A stretch of 64,000 nucleotides of DNA from Phoronis australis (taxonomy: Eukaryota; Animalia; Phoronida), in assembly GCA_002633005.1 (NCBI GenBank), contig NMRA01000694.1, forward strand, positions 123,742 through 187,741, given 5' to 3'. The translations under genes were made by a program, and so were the position numbers. Shown here piece by piece: positions 1-13,280 of this stretch (positions are counted from its first letter, which is position 1; each line of letters starts with the position of its first letter). The notes under the pieces are model-generated. The model saw only the letters and a list, made by a program, of their open reading frames with translations, was not told where the DNA came from and did no database searches.

Positions 1-519
1 TCACGTGACAACAACATGTGTGTTCATCCAGAGATTTTTCTCGTGTTGTTGCGCAGATATAGACTTAATCGCAATTAATCTGGACTCCACGTGAACTTTA
101 AAAATTGTAAAATATAAGGAAGATTTCAGATAATTTGTTGAGTCGAAACTATATTTATATTCAAGAGTTCAAGTTTTCCTATTGACGATCGCGATTCAGC
201 AATGCATCAATCGGCAAGTTTTCGCCCTGTGATGAGCACAATTTTTTGAAAAATTATCGTAATTTAACAATGGAAGTTGATAGCAATGCACCACAATTTT
301 GTAGAAAGACTGTCATAGGCTTCAAATACGTCACAGAGCGTAAATTTGATGAATCCTAGCTTCCGATTTTACCCGTTTGGGAAACCGGGTTTCAACTGCC
401 GTTGGCTACAATGAGCGTTCCCTCCCCGTGAAATGAATTTTTCTAAGCGACTGCGGTTCAACTGAGACTCATTTGACATTCAATTGAAGTTTTTACCATG
501 TAAATGAATTGATTCACTT

Positions 520-660
520 CATTAGCATATTCAATAGCCCTTCAATAGCCATTCAATTCTCCATTCAGTTCAGGATCATCCCATATTCAATAACCTTTCA
601 ATAGCCATTCAATAGCCGTTCAAAGGCCATTCAATAGCCATTCAATGATCATTCAATTGT
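520..660. repeat. Degenerate 11-bp tandem repeat (TTCAATAGCCA)n
   Basis: About 10 imperfect copies of ttcaatagcca/ttcaatagccc visible directly. Confidence 0.8.
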
Positions 661-2016
661 TCTAACTATGCAGAATAATTTGAATTTCAAGTATTTTCTA
701 TAAAAAAATTAACTCTGTCAAAAAATAGGATGTGTTGTTGTTAACCTCGTCAAGAGATAAGAATAGTTCACAATCTTCATTCAACAACCTGGCATGCACG
801 AATAAAACCAAATCATAGACAACTGAACATTTCAAAACCTTAAATCGAAACTTGCACAAGTATTATAATTATCATACAGCATCAAACAAAGAAAAACAAA
901 AACAGAGCCTTAGGTGTTTGAAAAGTAGCAGCCTTTGCAAACATTTTGAAGAATCTCTTTAATGCTGACTAATTGTAGATTGTTTTGTTTGTTCAACATT
1001 TGTATGCTGAGCCTGGTACATGAAATAATCATATGACACTATGGACTTAGTTGAACACATCCATACGTTGAAGGGTAAATGAGTATTTTATATCCAGTTA
1101 ACTAAATAAATTTAGGCAATAATATCAAAATAATAATTTCAGGCATACAAAGCTATAGCAGTAAATAAAATATTAGTTGTCTGAAAAGCACGGTCCACAT
1201 GTGATACCAAATCTTTTAATGTCAGCATTGTACAGCCTTTCATGGTCTATGCAGAACTCTGGAGTCGCACTTTTCAAAGCACTGAGACTTGATATAATCC
1301 ATTAATTTGAGGTATCTGTCCACAACAGGAACTGATGACTGGCACAGTGTTGGTGGTAGTGGGCATTAGCTCCCAAGAATTGTAGTCATTTCACTTCATC
1401 ATGCATGTTTTCAAAGTCTTCTGTACTAAAAGTTGAAAAATATTCAGTTAGAGGGTATCAAGTAACAGTAAGTGAATTTGAATTTTGAATTGAGCTTGTT
1501 GCTCAGGAAATACATGAATGCTTTCTTAGTTAATTAGCCATAGTCTTTAGAAAATTTAATATATATGCTTTTGACTGAGAGCATTAATAAGGGGGTTATC
1601 TGGTACACTAATGAAAACTGCAGAAATAGGAAAACTACCATGAAACTTTTTTGAAGTCTATTCACTGAAGGAAAATAATGAGTACAAAGCATGGGTATCA
1701 GTGACAATTGCATTAACTTTCTCATAACTTCGTATTTCTTACATCTATAAACACGATGTTTCATTGTAAATGCAATTCAATTTTTTACATTATTTGGCTA
1801 GTGGGAATATCCAGCACCAACATACATTTATCAAAGGCTTCAAACTCATAACCTCTGCAGTACTATGACTGTTTGAATGACTTTCACGAAGTAGCTTATG
1901 TCACTCAATAGGACCTTAACTCATAAGCCAAAGTGAGTACACTTTCCAATTTGCTGTTTGTGATAGCCAGATATCTGTAGCATGTCATTAACTCATAGCT
2001 GAATTTTGATTTTTAG

Positions 2017-2563
2017 TCCTATGAGCAGAACAGTTTAACCAGTATGGCGTTATCAGAACATACTGCAGAGACACTACGGGTTATAGATGACTGGTGGCAA
2101 TGACAAACCTCTAATATCCAATACATCTCTTACTTCGTGCCTAGCTCNTTCTTTGAGCTGGCCATTGTTAGGGTGCATCAGTGCTTTGGACCATTTTTGC
2201 GGGATGTTGTGACATGGAAAAATGGTGTTTACTTCCACAAAGGTCACGACAAGATATGGATGTCCAAAGTACGTGTTAATGACGATGTCATTCTACGACT
2301 TGCAGTGCGGGGTGAACAAGTTAATAAGTCGTTGTGGCCTAGTTTGATGAAAGCATACCACGCAGTTGTTGGTCTTTTAGTAATTAAGTGGCCGGGAGCT
2401 TCATATGACATCTTCTATGTTTGTCCTCATTGTCTATGCTCTGAAGTCGCTGAACCTACTTTGTATCCAGCACATGATCTGCAAAACTTTCTGTCTGGTG
2501 AAGAATTCCTACCGTGTGACAACAGTGATGAAGGGGTTCTAAAAGTGGATGAGGTTGTACCAG
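2017..2563 (+). CDS. Roco-DED gene exon A: C-terminal part of a COR domain (MFHAS1/LRRK-like Roco protein); 5' boundary uncertain
   Basis: Translation YISYFVPSxFFELAIVRVH...WKNGVYF...WPGASYDIFYVCPHC...C matches the COR-B pattern (F.P.G.F.RL.VR, WKNG, WPG..Y....CPxC). Donor CAG|GTAATA after 2563 (phase 1). Candidate acceptor TTTTAG at 2016 includes an in-frame TGA at 2101-2103; alternative acceptor CCTAG at 2144. Confidence 0.75.
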
Positions 2564-3308
2564 GTAATACACTAGTAAAGTCACTATTGATCAAGTTATC
2601 TAGTTAATGAAGAACTGACTTTGAAGTGTATGTACAGAAAAATATGGCCACCTGTTGCGATAAGTTCGGAGGACTTTAATTGGATGATTTAGAGCACCAA
2701 TTGTAAGTGTCTTGACGATTCTATCTCAAAGTGGATGTAATTTCTGTGCTTGGAAAGACCTTAGAATTCTGGAGTTGGCTTGTCATGAAAGGCCATTATA
2801 TTTGACAAATTATATTGTCAAGGAAAAGTGAGCTGTCATTATATCCAAGTATAGAGGATCCTAACGAGTCTGTTTCATGAAAAGTGACTTAAATAATTTG
2901 TTCAAATTTTCACAGTAAACAACAGTTATGGATATAACACGAGTGTTAAGTATATTTCAGAAATAGTTATGTTGAGCATGAGACTAAATTTTTATCTTAA
3001 ATCATTTTTCATAAAACAGATCTCAGTAGTATGGCAAAGGAAGTGGTTGAAATCAAAAGTCTAGTTTTAATCAAGTTGCTAAACTGTCAAGCAGTAAGAT
3101 TTGGGTCGAGGGCTTACACAAAACATTTTTTCTGTGACTTGTGTGTGACCTTTGAGAAGTTCCAAATTCTCCCTCTTAATTCTCTAACTTTAATAATTTA
3201 GTAAAGGTCATGAAGTTGTAAATATCTTGTAGCCTGTTTAAGAAATTAAACGCGTGTATCGACAAATTTAAATATGACCATGAACGTAAGGTTTTAATTT
3301 GTCTTCAG

Positions 3309-3379
3309 GTTCCTTTTCTGTACCAACTGAAGGACAGCTGTTTGAGGCACAGAAAGGTTTTGACATTTGTCAGCGAAAG
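3309..3379 (+). CDS. Roco-DED gene exon B (GSFSVPTEGQLFEAQKGFDICQRK)
   Basis: TTCAG| acceptor and AAG|GTAAGA donor. Phase 1 in, phase 0 out, open frame continuing exon A. Confidence 0.75.
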
Positions 3380-4130
3380 GTAAGAAGTAATTTAAACTGC
3401 ACTAGTTTTTTATAAACGCTCTAGTTTCCTAGCCAATACTCGACCGTTTTAGGATTGATTTCCGATTCTAGTTTTCATGACTTGTAATGTTCGCTTCTTG
3501 TTGGATTTGTTTTTGCATTGTCCTACCTTGCAGTGTCGCACTAAGCAGGTCGAGGTAACTTTTGGGCAGATAAAATTGAGTGCATAATTATTCTTCTCAA
3601 GGTGTGTTAGATTACAGTTTGAAATCCTTAATGTGCCCGTCCCTGTTTGTATTTTAAAGACGGTATGTGGTGTGGTGAAATCATTGCACAATATTTTAAG
3701 TATCAGAATTCCCATAATGTCCCTAATGTTTGTAAAGTTGTGTAGGAAGACATAATTCTGCGAACTTTTACCTCCACACGTAAATAACTTCTATTTCTAC
3801 TAATGAATCAGTCAACCACTTAAAAATGTATGATAACATGCACCAGATTTGTGTTCCAACTCTCTCATTACATGCTGTATAGGTCAAAAGTGACAAAATG
3901 ACCCGAAATTCTCTGTCATAAGGGCTTAATTGGTGGAATTTATTGTAAAATTTATCGTGAGAGTAGTCTCATGACCGAGAATGAAGGGAAATGAACAGAA
4001 AGTTTGTATGGTGGCTCGAAGTAAACAATTCTTTAATCAGAGTTTTACCGCTTTTATGGTTATTACTGTCATGACGGGGAAACGGTATTTTGTTTGATTA
4101 GTTTTGTCTTGCAGTGACTGCACAACTGAT

Positions 4131-7100
4131 TATTATGTGCCCACATAATATTTATATGAGGTCGTATATTGCCATCATGTCTGTCTGGACGTCCAGGTGT
4201 CTGGCATTCGGTGTCCGTAGCCGTATCTCCTAAACCCCTTAAAGGATCTTGATGAGATTTAGCAGATGTGTTTCTATGATACTAACGACAAATGACGACG
4301 AATTTCGGACCTCTTCGACTACCAGTGTGCCCCCTAGTGGCAATTTTAGTTTTTCATGCGTACCTCTGTATCTTCCTAGTCCTCAACGGATGCTCATAAA
4401 ATTTGGCAGTTCGGCATCTATTAAAGAGATGATGCCATCCTCCCATATTTTCGGATGGGTTCGAGGTACTTTGCACCACCTAGTGGCCATTTTTATTGTT
4501 TTCAAGTCTGGTTTTTGGAATCAACCAAACCGCTCTATTGATGATTTTAAAATTTGACATATATTATGTTCTTACTGTGAAGAGGGTGGATTACAATGAT
4601 TTTCTGATGACTTCAGTTACTGTGGTGCCTCCGAGTAGTAGTTTTGTTTGTTTTTGCGCCCATGACTTTATCTCTTAAATGCTATACAGGATCTTTATTG
4701 AATTTTGTTGGTGTATTTACATGAAGTTGACAACAGAGGACAACGACTTTTGGACGTGTCAGGAGAGCTGAGGATGATTTTCCGACGACCTCGACAACTG
4801 TGGTGCCTCCTAGTGACAGTTTTTTTACGCCCATGACTTTATCTCTTACCCTCTGCAGTATCTTTATTATGCGCCCACATATTTGTGGTCACACATTGCC
4901 GTTATCTCTGTCTAGGCGTCCGGCGTCTGCGGCTGTATCTCCTAAACCCCTTGCAGGATCTCATTGAAATTTGGCAGGTGTGTTCCTGTGGGGATGATGA
5001 CAGAGGGCGACAAGTTTCAGATCAACCATTATACCACTGTGCCCCCAAGTGGCAATTTTAGTTTGCCTCTGTATCTTCAAAGGTCCTCAACTGATTTTCA
5101 TGAAAGTTGGCACCTAAGCATCTTTTAATAAATTCACGCTATCCACTCGTTTTCGGATGGATTTGAGGCATTTTGTGCCATCTAGTGGTCAATTTTACTA
5201 CTTTCGAGTCCTTTTTTGGCATCCGCCCCTCTAACAACCAAACCAATCTAAGGATGATTGTGCAAAATGGCGTGTATGTTCTTACTATGAAAAGAATGGT
5301 TGATGATGATTTTCCGACATCGGCTACTATCATGGCACTTAGTGATGGCAGTTTTGTTTGTTTTTGCACCCATGGCTGTATCTCCTAAATGCTCTACAAG
5401 ATCTCTTTTAAATTTAGCAAAGGTATTTATATGAAGTTGACAAAGGACGACGATGACTGGTGTGCCCCCTGATATTAATCTTGAATTATTTTTTTAATTT
5501 ACTTCCGCATTAATCTGTATCTTCAAAGGTCCTCAACAGATTCTCATAAAATTTGGCAGATAGGCATCTATTAGTGTGTTGATGCTATCCTCGGGTTTTC
5601 GGTTTGATTCGTAGTACTTTACTGCATTTGAATCTTGTTATTTGGCGTCTGCCCCTCTGTCAACAGTTACCACTCTTAGGATGGTTGTGGAAATTGTCGT
5701 GTATGCTCCTTAAAGGGGAAAAGGAAGTATGATGATTTTCCGACCCCGTCATCTTCTGTGACGCCTCTTAGTGGTAGATGTTTTTAGCGCCTATAGCCTC
5801 CTAGTGGCAATTCCATTTTTTCCGTTTTGTTTGGTTTCTCAGAGGTTCCTTGATGGATTTTTATGAAATAGCCTTGATGTCACGTACCAGTTTTTGGATG
5901 AATTCGGTGCATTTTGCTCCATGTAGTGGCCATTTTTATGTTCCAAATAAACACTCCTAGAAGCACACCATTTGCAGTGCATTCGTAGGCACATTTCAAC
6001 ACACCACATTGCTCTTGTTATCTTTAAATGTGGTTGCATATTTATGTCATCCTTGGGTGTCCGGGTGTCGGTGTCTGCTATTGTATCGCTTAGACTCATT
6101 GGAAAATCTTTGGCATGTGTGCTGATATGAAGCTGATGACATGCTGTCGAATTTTCGGATTGACCTCCCATGTTCTGTTGTGACAATTTTAGTTTTTCGC
6201 ACTTTCCACTCTATCTTCCTAATTCTTGGATGAATTTTCATGAAATTTGGCAGATAGGTTTCCATTATGAAGGCAACAACACCTTTTCATTTCCAGATGT
6301 TTTTGGTCATTCTGCGCCACCTAGCGGTCGTTTTTTTAAAGTTTTCAATCTGGTTTTGATAAACCGCTTGAAGGATCATTATAAAAATTGAGGAGACTGC
6401 AGCTGACGTTCATTTTCGGATGTGTTCGACAATTCTGGCACCCTCTAAATGTTTTTTTTGCGTCTTTAACCCTTCTCAAGAACACTTTGAAATTTGGCCA
6501 ATGTGTTCCTGTGGCCGATGAGTTTAAGTCCATTCTGTTGATTAGTGTGCCGCCTAGTTGCAAATTTATTTGCATCATGTTTTTGGCATCTGCCTCTTTA
6601 TCCACTGAACTGCTTAATAAAGGATATTTAAAGAAAGCTTGAAAGATATATGTTGGCGATGAAAAGACGTTGATTTTTGCATGAAAGTGACAACTGTGGC
6701 ACCTCCTGGTGGTGATTTTGTCTTTTCTGCATCATTGGCTGTATCTTCTTGCTCTTTTTGAAGGATCTTTGGGAAATAATGCAAGTGTTCGATTTGACCA
6801 CATGTGAAAAATCCTACATCGAGTATTAAAGTCACGCAATGATTTCCCAGAAATTCGTTTCAACGATTGTGGTGACTTTGAAACTTTAAATTGGCTTCAC
6901 TATAATTGTGACTACGACAGTGGTTATGACTTGGACGGTTCTCACTATGGCTGTACCCCCCAGTGGCAATTTTTGTTTTTGTATTTGCCTTTGTATCTTC
7001 AGAGTTCTTTGGCAGTTTTGATTAAAATTTGACAAACATGTTTGTGTTATGATGGCGATAGCATCTTTCCATTTAGGATGGATTTGACGTGTTCTGCATA

Positions 7101-7181
7101 ACTTAGTGTTCATTTTTTGTTGCCAGTAAACACCCCTAGAAGCACACTGTGAGTGCCTGCATTTCATCACTCTTTGTTGCT
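4131..7181 (+). mobile_element. Cluster of degenerate Helentron-associated (HINE/DINE-1-like) family A copies
   Basis: 5' motif TTATG(C/T)GCCCACATA at ~4133 and ~4868, followed by GTCC/GTCT microsatellite and ~150-bp units with CCNCCTAGTGG. 3' end GCACATTTCAAC..TTGCTCTTGTT at ~6018. Confidence 0.7.
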
Positions 7182-7311
7182 CAGCTCTGTTTTCTATCTC
7201 TGCTTACGATGGGATTTTTATGAATTACGGATTGTATTCCAAATACGATACTTGTCATGCAGAAGTAATGTAGTGCTTATTGGTAAACTTTTTTTATCAA
7301 TTGTGTTCTAG

Positions 7312-7384
7312 GCAAAGAAATGCTCCTCAGCAGAAGGTGGTACAATTCCCGGTTCTTCGAATATTGCCGGTACATCTACCTCAC
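7312..7384 (+). CDS. Roco-DED gene exon C (AKKCSSAEGGTIPGSSNIAGTSTS)
   Basis: TTCTAG| acceptor, phase 0 in, donor C|GTTTGT (phase 1). An alternative phase-1 donor at 7369 is possible. Confidence 0.6.
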
Positions 7385-8179
7385 GTTTGTATTTTTGCCT
7401 TTTTCTTTCAAATACTGTGTGGGAGGTTGTCTTCTTAACAATAAACTATGGCTCATGGAGCGTTGCATTAGTTAATGCTAATTATAAGATCTCAGATTGT
7501 ATGATATAAACCCTTAAGTTATCAAAAATAGGCATAGCTTCTTTAAATTTCTCCCTATGTATATATAAACATTATTGTAAAGTTGATTACTTGATTATTT
7601 TGTAAACAAAATTTTGTGTTGGAGCGACACATAACTAAGTGTTAAGATCTTGCATATTTTATTTAGAATCTCTGTTGCTCCTATCATACTTGGTGTTTAG
7701 TGCTGTTATTTGTGACTAAGTGTGCACACTTGCTATGTATATATGTTTTGTAAATATGTTTTTTTTGCAAAAATAAAATTAAAAAATTTTAAAAAATCTC
7801 AGGTTTTGAAAGTTGAAACATACGCTGCTGTATCGTATCTTTGAGACGTGCAATTTCAGTTTTAAACTTTATTTGTTAGAAGAATCAGTGTTGGTTATAC
7901 TTTGTCCAAAAGTAGGTGGATACATAAGCTTGGCAATGTGATTGGATCATACTCAGCATTCCTCTATCTCTTCAAGCCAGTTTGGTGCCATTATGTCTCG
8001 TACTACATGAATAGTGGCCTTAGTTGACGTTAAGCTCCCTAATTTTTTGGTCTTTCACGGCTTCATTTTGCTCTGAATGTTCTTCAATTCCGAATCTAAT
8101 GGTCAATTTTCATCATACTGAACTATATGTCGGTGCCAAATTTCAGATGCTGTAAGTTCGTCAAATCCATCGTTGTTAG

Positions 8180-8232
8180 GCAAAAGAAAATCTGCCATTG
8201 ACGACGCAGAAGCTGGCATTATTCCACCTAAG
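8180..8232 (+). CDS. Roco-DED gene exon D (RKRKSAIDDAEAGIIPPK)
   Basis: TGTTAG| acceptor and AAG|GTTTGT donor. Phase 1 in, phase 0 out, bridging exons C and E. Confidence 0.6.
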
Positions 8233-8781
8233 GTTTGTCAAAATGAAATTATGAGCTGGTCAGCTAGTGAAAATAAACCGAGTGACTTGAGTGTCTAACA
8301 GAATATTTATTGTAAGTTTAACAACTGTGTAATCCCAGCCATGAGTTTAAGCCAGACTACAATAAGCAGCAACTGCCCTGTAGTCATTTTAGAAGACCAG
8401 ACTTCATGTTAAATTAAGCTTTCCTTCATATAATATCATATTGTATAACAATGAGTGGTTGTTAACAACTCAAAGGGGGATAATCTGGAGACAATTTGCT
8501 GTAATGTGTTCTCGTGCATAGTAAATGGTGCAAGCTGAATTGGTTCCGTGATTTTCAGTAGTCACTTTTTGTTGGTTATACATTTTATATTCCTTCAAAG
8601 CATGACAATAAAGTCATTTTCTGATTCTTTTTGTATAACCTTTCTTGCATATGAAGTGAGCCAGTTCATTGCTGCAAGTGAAGCAGTGAAGTAGAACCCA
8701 TTTATATTTTCTATCAACTAACTGATAAAAAATGAAGAGTTTTGCTACATTCTCCCCAAACATTAAATTTTTGTTTTCCAG

Positions 8782-8830
8782 ATTCCTGTAGGTGTGGCCT
8801 CAACCAGCACTGATCCTTCCACGGCCACAG
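8782..8830 (+). CDS. Roco-DED gene exon E (IPVGVASTSTDPSTAT)
   Basis: TTTTCCAG| acceptor and CAG|GTATGT donor. Phase 0 in, phase 1 out. Confidence 0.7.
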
Positions 8831-11540
8831 GTATGTAATCTATTCCATTCTTTGGTTGTTATGACCTTTTGCTATGTCTTATATAATGTCAAGGTTGAAA
8901 CACTGTTCAAGGGTTTTGTTTGTATACTGAATTCAGTGACTACACATCAGTGGATCAGATGTCATTTAACCTTTATTTCAACTGACTGTTGCTCTAAGGT
9001 TTCTAATAATCATTTTGCCAGAGTATAGATTTTGATATCAATATACTGGTATTAGAGCCTATGATTGAATAAAGCAGTTGTGTAAATGTTGTCAAATGAA
9101 CCTGAAACGTTACTCAAGGTGAGCGCTGTGTTCCAGTCAAGGCAACGTGATAATGCAGCGAGTTGATGTTCCATGGATGTAAACTGTATTTATAATGGTG
9201 CGAGTGGATGATACAACTGTATTTTAGTCTGGCAAAGTGAAAGCCTTATGAGTGGATGATTCATGGGTGTATACTGTATTTTAGTCTGGAAAGTGAAAGC
9301 CATACGTTTTTCCAAGAACCTCATTCTGGAAGCATCCCCTTTAAAAAATTGTATGCTCCTATGTTAATGTTTAGGAGGAGCTAAACGACAATGTTAGTCT
9401 TACAGAATCTTAGGTAAACAATTTGCATTTGTGTTATGTGAAAACAAAAGTTTCTGGCAAATAGGTGATCTTTCCACTAATGACTTACCTCATAGGCTTA
9501 CATAGCATGCATCATGCAGTGTTATTCCCCAGCACCACGTCATGATACTTACATGATTGGTTAAACAGTGATTTTGCGACGGATCATTTTCGCCACAAAA
9601 CTTGTTTTTAAAAACAATTAGCAATTTTCAACCTACTTCCCATTCACATCACCGCTGTATGTTGTGTTCCTAACTTATTTGGATAAACAATGCCAGAGAT
9701 GTGGAATTAGCCTGCAAGTTTCAATTTAAATGGGATAAGGATCAATTTGAAGAAATCTTTGGAATTTCTCCATTTGTCACGTTGTCAGCTGAACCTGTTC
9801 TATCCACATCCCAGTCTCAAATGGGGCTTAGTCATCAGTTGGGTGACTCTGTGCTTCACTAGGTCAAATAGTGAAATAATTACTGGAGTTTTTTTCAAGG
9901 AAAGGATTCAGGCCCTATTTTCCATTTTCGTTTTGGAGCATAAAATCTGATGGAAACCATAATATCTGAATAGAGAAGTAAAAGTTAGACTATGTGAATT
10001 TTCAAATTTGGTCAGGTATAGGTACATTATTTTTTCAGCAAAAACGAACCTTGAACTATTCATTGGAAAGTAATTTGCATCATGGCTTATCAGTTAATTA
10101 TAGGCATCACTACCTTACAATAGATGCTGTGCCTGAAGGAATGTGGATACAAGGAGTCCTGATGGATGAATTGTGTTTAAAGCATCCTCACAACATGATA
10201 GTGACTTTCCATATTAGTACTGTTAGACTCGCAAGGAGTTATGAACACAAATCTCAACCATGCTGCCTTCTCTGTTTATATTACAAAAAAAAAACAATTC
10301 TACTGATTCCTGGTAGAAGCATATCATTTGTCTACTTAGGTTAACTGCCAAAATAACCGATGCTGACACACCAAGGGGGGACAGGGCTTAATATTTACAT
10401 TTGTTGCAAATTGCTGGAATTCATGACGTTTCATTTCTGCATGACTAAGGCCACATGTCGAGCTGTGTTACTTCAGTGTGGGAAGGTTTTCAAAAGTTTG
10501 CAAACAAACCTGTGTTAGTGCAAGCTGTCAAGTTCAGTAGGTACAATTTAATACATTATGAATATTATAGCTGAACTGCAGTCTAGGCCAATGCTAGACT
10601 GTCTTGAAATCAGATAGACTTGTGTACAAAATGTTATTGTGGTGCTGAAATGTCAAACCAGAAATGCTGGAAGACAGTTTGCTAAACAGATCAACTAGTT
10701 ATCGTATACCAACTACACCTTTGTCCATAGATTCGTTAGAGACTGTTGGACAGGCCATTCAGAATGCAAGCTGGATGTTGGCCAAAATTCAGGTCTGAGT
10801 TTTAATTGGCTTGCACTTCATAGCATGGCCTATCTTGAGAGAGAAAAGGTATTAGTTAAACTCAAACAGCCACAAATAATACCCACAGATTATTGGGTTG
10901 TATTCCATGTCAATACTACAGGCCATTCATTGCCTGTTCTGTATTTTCCTGGTGTTATAAATTGCAGCACAAAAGCTATTTTTCACGCAACATCTAGCAT
11001 GCCTTTGACTGGTTAAAAATCCTGTTATCAGCTGCTGCATAAAATTGCTTGAACTGAACAGCTCAATACATCTAAAATATCAAAACCCCTGGAAGAAAGA
11101 TTTTAAGAGGTCAGTGCTTTCGTTCATCCAAGGGGAAAGGTGGCTGTGCCTTCTGAGAGAGGAATATTTCGAGGTGAGGGCAAAATTCTTCCTCCCGATC
11201 ACCATCTATAGAACCCCCATCATGTTGCAGGCCCTCACAGACTATGCCTTAAGTAGCCAAAACTAACTTTTGTGCTCCTTCGAATTGAGGGGAATTTTTG
11301 CTCATGATGAGTTGAGTTTTGTGGTTTTTCAATACTTTTGAGAGGAGAATGAGGCGAATATTGGACCCCAAAATCAAGGGATTAATGCCGTGGTGTTTAC
11401 TAATAAAAGTTGTGCCAATGTCCAGTCATAAAAATGCACTTACTTTAACACAGAGGATTGACAGAAATATATTTAGCGCGGCCATATATTTGACCCGTCT
11501 TTGTGCGTCCAAATTTACAGGACAGGTTCTTGAGTGCATT

Positions 11541-11830
11541 TTTTTATGCACTCGCGTATGTGGGTGCTTTATGCCATCATCCCTGACTGTCTGGCATCCG
11601 CTGCTGTAACTCCAAAACCACGCAATAGAAGTGCATGAAATTTCGTAGACCTCTTCCTATCATAGATGTGACGAGCAAACCTGCGGACGGATCCGACTAC
11701 TGGTGTGCTCCTTATTGGCAATTTAATTTTTTACCTTTGTTTCTGTATCTGGCAAACAGGTATCTGTTAAGCAGATGAAGCTGTTATAACTGTTTTCAAG
11801 TCTGTATTTTTAGTGTGCGCTTCTCTTTCT
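11541..11830 (+). mobile_element. Degenerate HINE family A 5' fragment
   Basis: TTTTTATGCACTCGCGTATGTGGGTGC palindromic start followed by a first-unit remnant. Confidence 0.55.
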
Positions 11831-12965
11831 TTGAAACCAGTCTAAGGACATTAAAGAGGCATATGTCACAGTTCCTATGGCTAAGAACATGGTGTGCAAT
11901 TGGCCAAGATAGTTTCATATGCCATTTGAGTGACGGAGGCTACCTGGATCATTTAGTAGTGCACATTGACCATAGAATGTAGTTTTTATGCACCCACATA
12001 TTTATGTATGGCCGCATTATGCCGTCATCTCCGTCCGTCCGGCGTCCGTCCATCTGGTGTCCAGCGTCCGCTGCTCTATCTCCAAAACGCCTTGATCTAT
12101 GTTCATGAAATTTTGCACATAGGTTTCATCTGTGGATGGAACGGCACGAGCGAACTTTCGAACAGATCACGCTACCGGTGTACCCCCTAGTGGCAATTTT
12201 ATTTTTTTATGTTTACCTCAGTCTGTATCTTCAAAAGTCGTGAACGGATTTTCATAAAATTTGGTATATAGGCACCTATTAGTGAGATGACACTATACTC
12301 CCGTTTACAGATGGATATGACAAAGTTTGCGCCACCTATGTTCTAACTATGAAGTGGAGGGTTGACGATGATTTTTCGACTACTGTGGAGCCTCCTAGTA
12401 GCAGTTTTGTTTTTTTGCGCGTATGGCTGTATCCCCTAAACCGTTGGCAGGATCTTTACTAAATTTAGTAAGAGTATTTATATGAAGTTAACAACGGAGG
12501 ACGACAACTTTCATACGAATCTGACAACTGGTGTGCCACCTAGCGGCAACTTTATTTTTTTACTTTTACCTCTGTATCTTCAAAGGTCCTCAAGGTATTT
12601 TCATAAAATTAGGCACACAGGCATCTGTTAAAGGCGAAGGCCACCCTTTTCCATGTCATTTTGAGCTAAAATAAGGTTGGTTGGTTATCCTAGACATATT
12701 TTCCACTTAATTACAGCTTTTCATAATTTTATAAATTACTCGTCCGCTACTCCGGAAGTGACGTTTTAGGAGGCAAGCGTTTCCCGCCACTTGGTTTTGC
12801 GTTGACTTTATCTTGCGAATCTGTTCTATTCTACTTTTGTTTTCTGCTGTTTTTCAACAATTGTCGCCACCACTTTCCATCGGCGAGTATTCTGCGGCAA
12901 GATAGGTTAGTAGAGAACTCAACTTCGTTGGATTTAGGGATTGTTTAGTGTGTTGTAAGCTGAAA

Positions 12966-13280
12966 ATGGCTGGAGTCGGTGACCCGTATCACAGTGACAG
13001 TAGTGTGAGTGACGGAGACCTTGTTCACAGCAGTGGTGACGAGGAATTTTTGCACGGACATTCAGTGGGTGGGTACATGTTTGAGCCCGAGTATAACGAG
13101 GCAGAGTACGCACAGGCACAGGCAGCTGTTGAGAGAAACGAGGCGGCTACTGAGGACAGTAGTCGGTGGTGACACATCTTGGTGTAAATGCACTGTGTGC
13201 GTTGTTATGCCTACCTCAATGAAATGCTTGTGCTGTTCAGAGTTCGACGAGGCCAAGCCACTACTGGACATGGTTAAGTG
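12966..13280 (+). pseudogene. KolX accessory protein N-terminus (P2X7 cytoplasmic-tail-like Cys cluster), frameshifted and truncated
   Basis: Acidic leader with GYMFEPEY, then WCKCTVCVVMPTSMKCLCCSE, the WCxCxxCxxMxxxxxCxCCxE signature. Confidence 0.85.

Noticed and set aside
2101-2103. Selenocysteine recoding of the in-frame TGA
   Set aside because: The position is not an evident conserved Cys and no SECIS was recognised after 26221.
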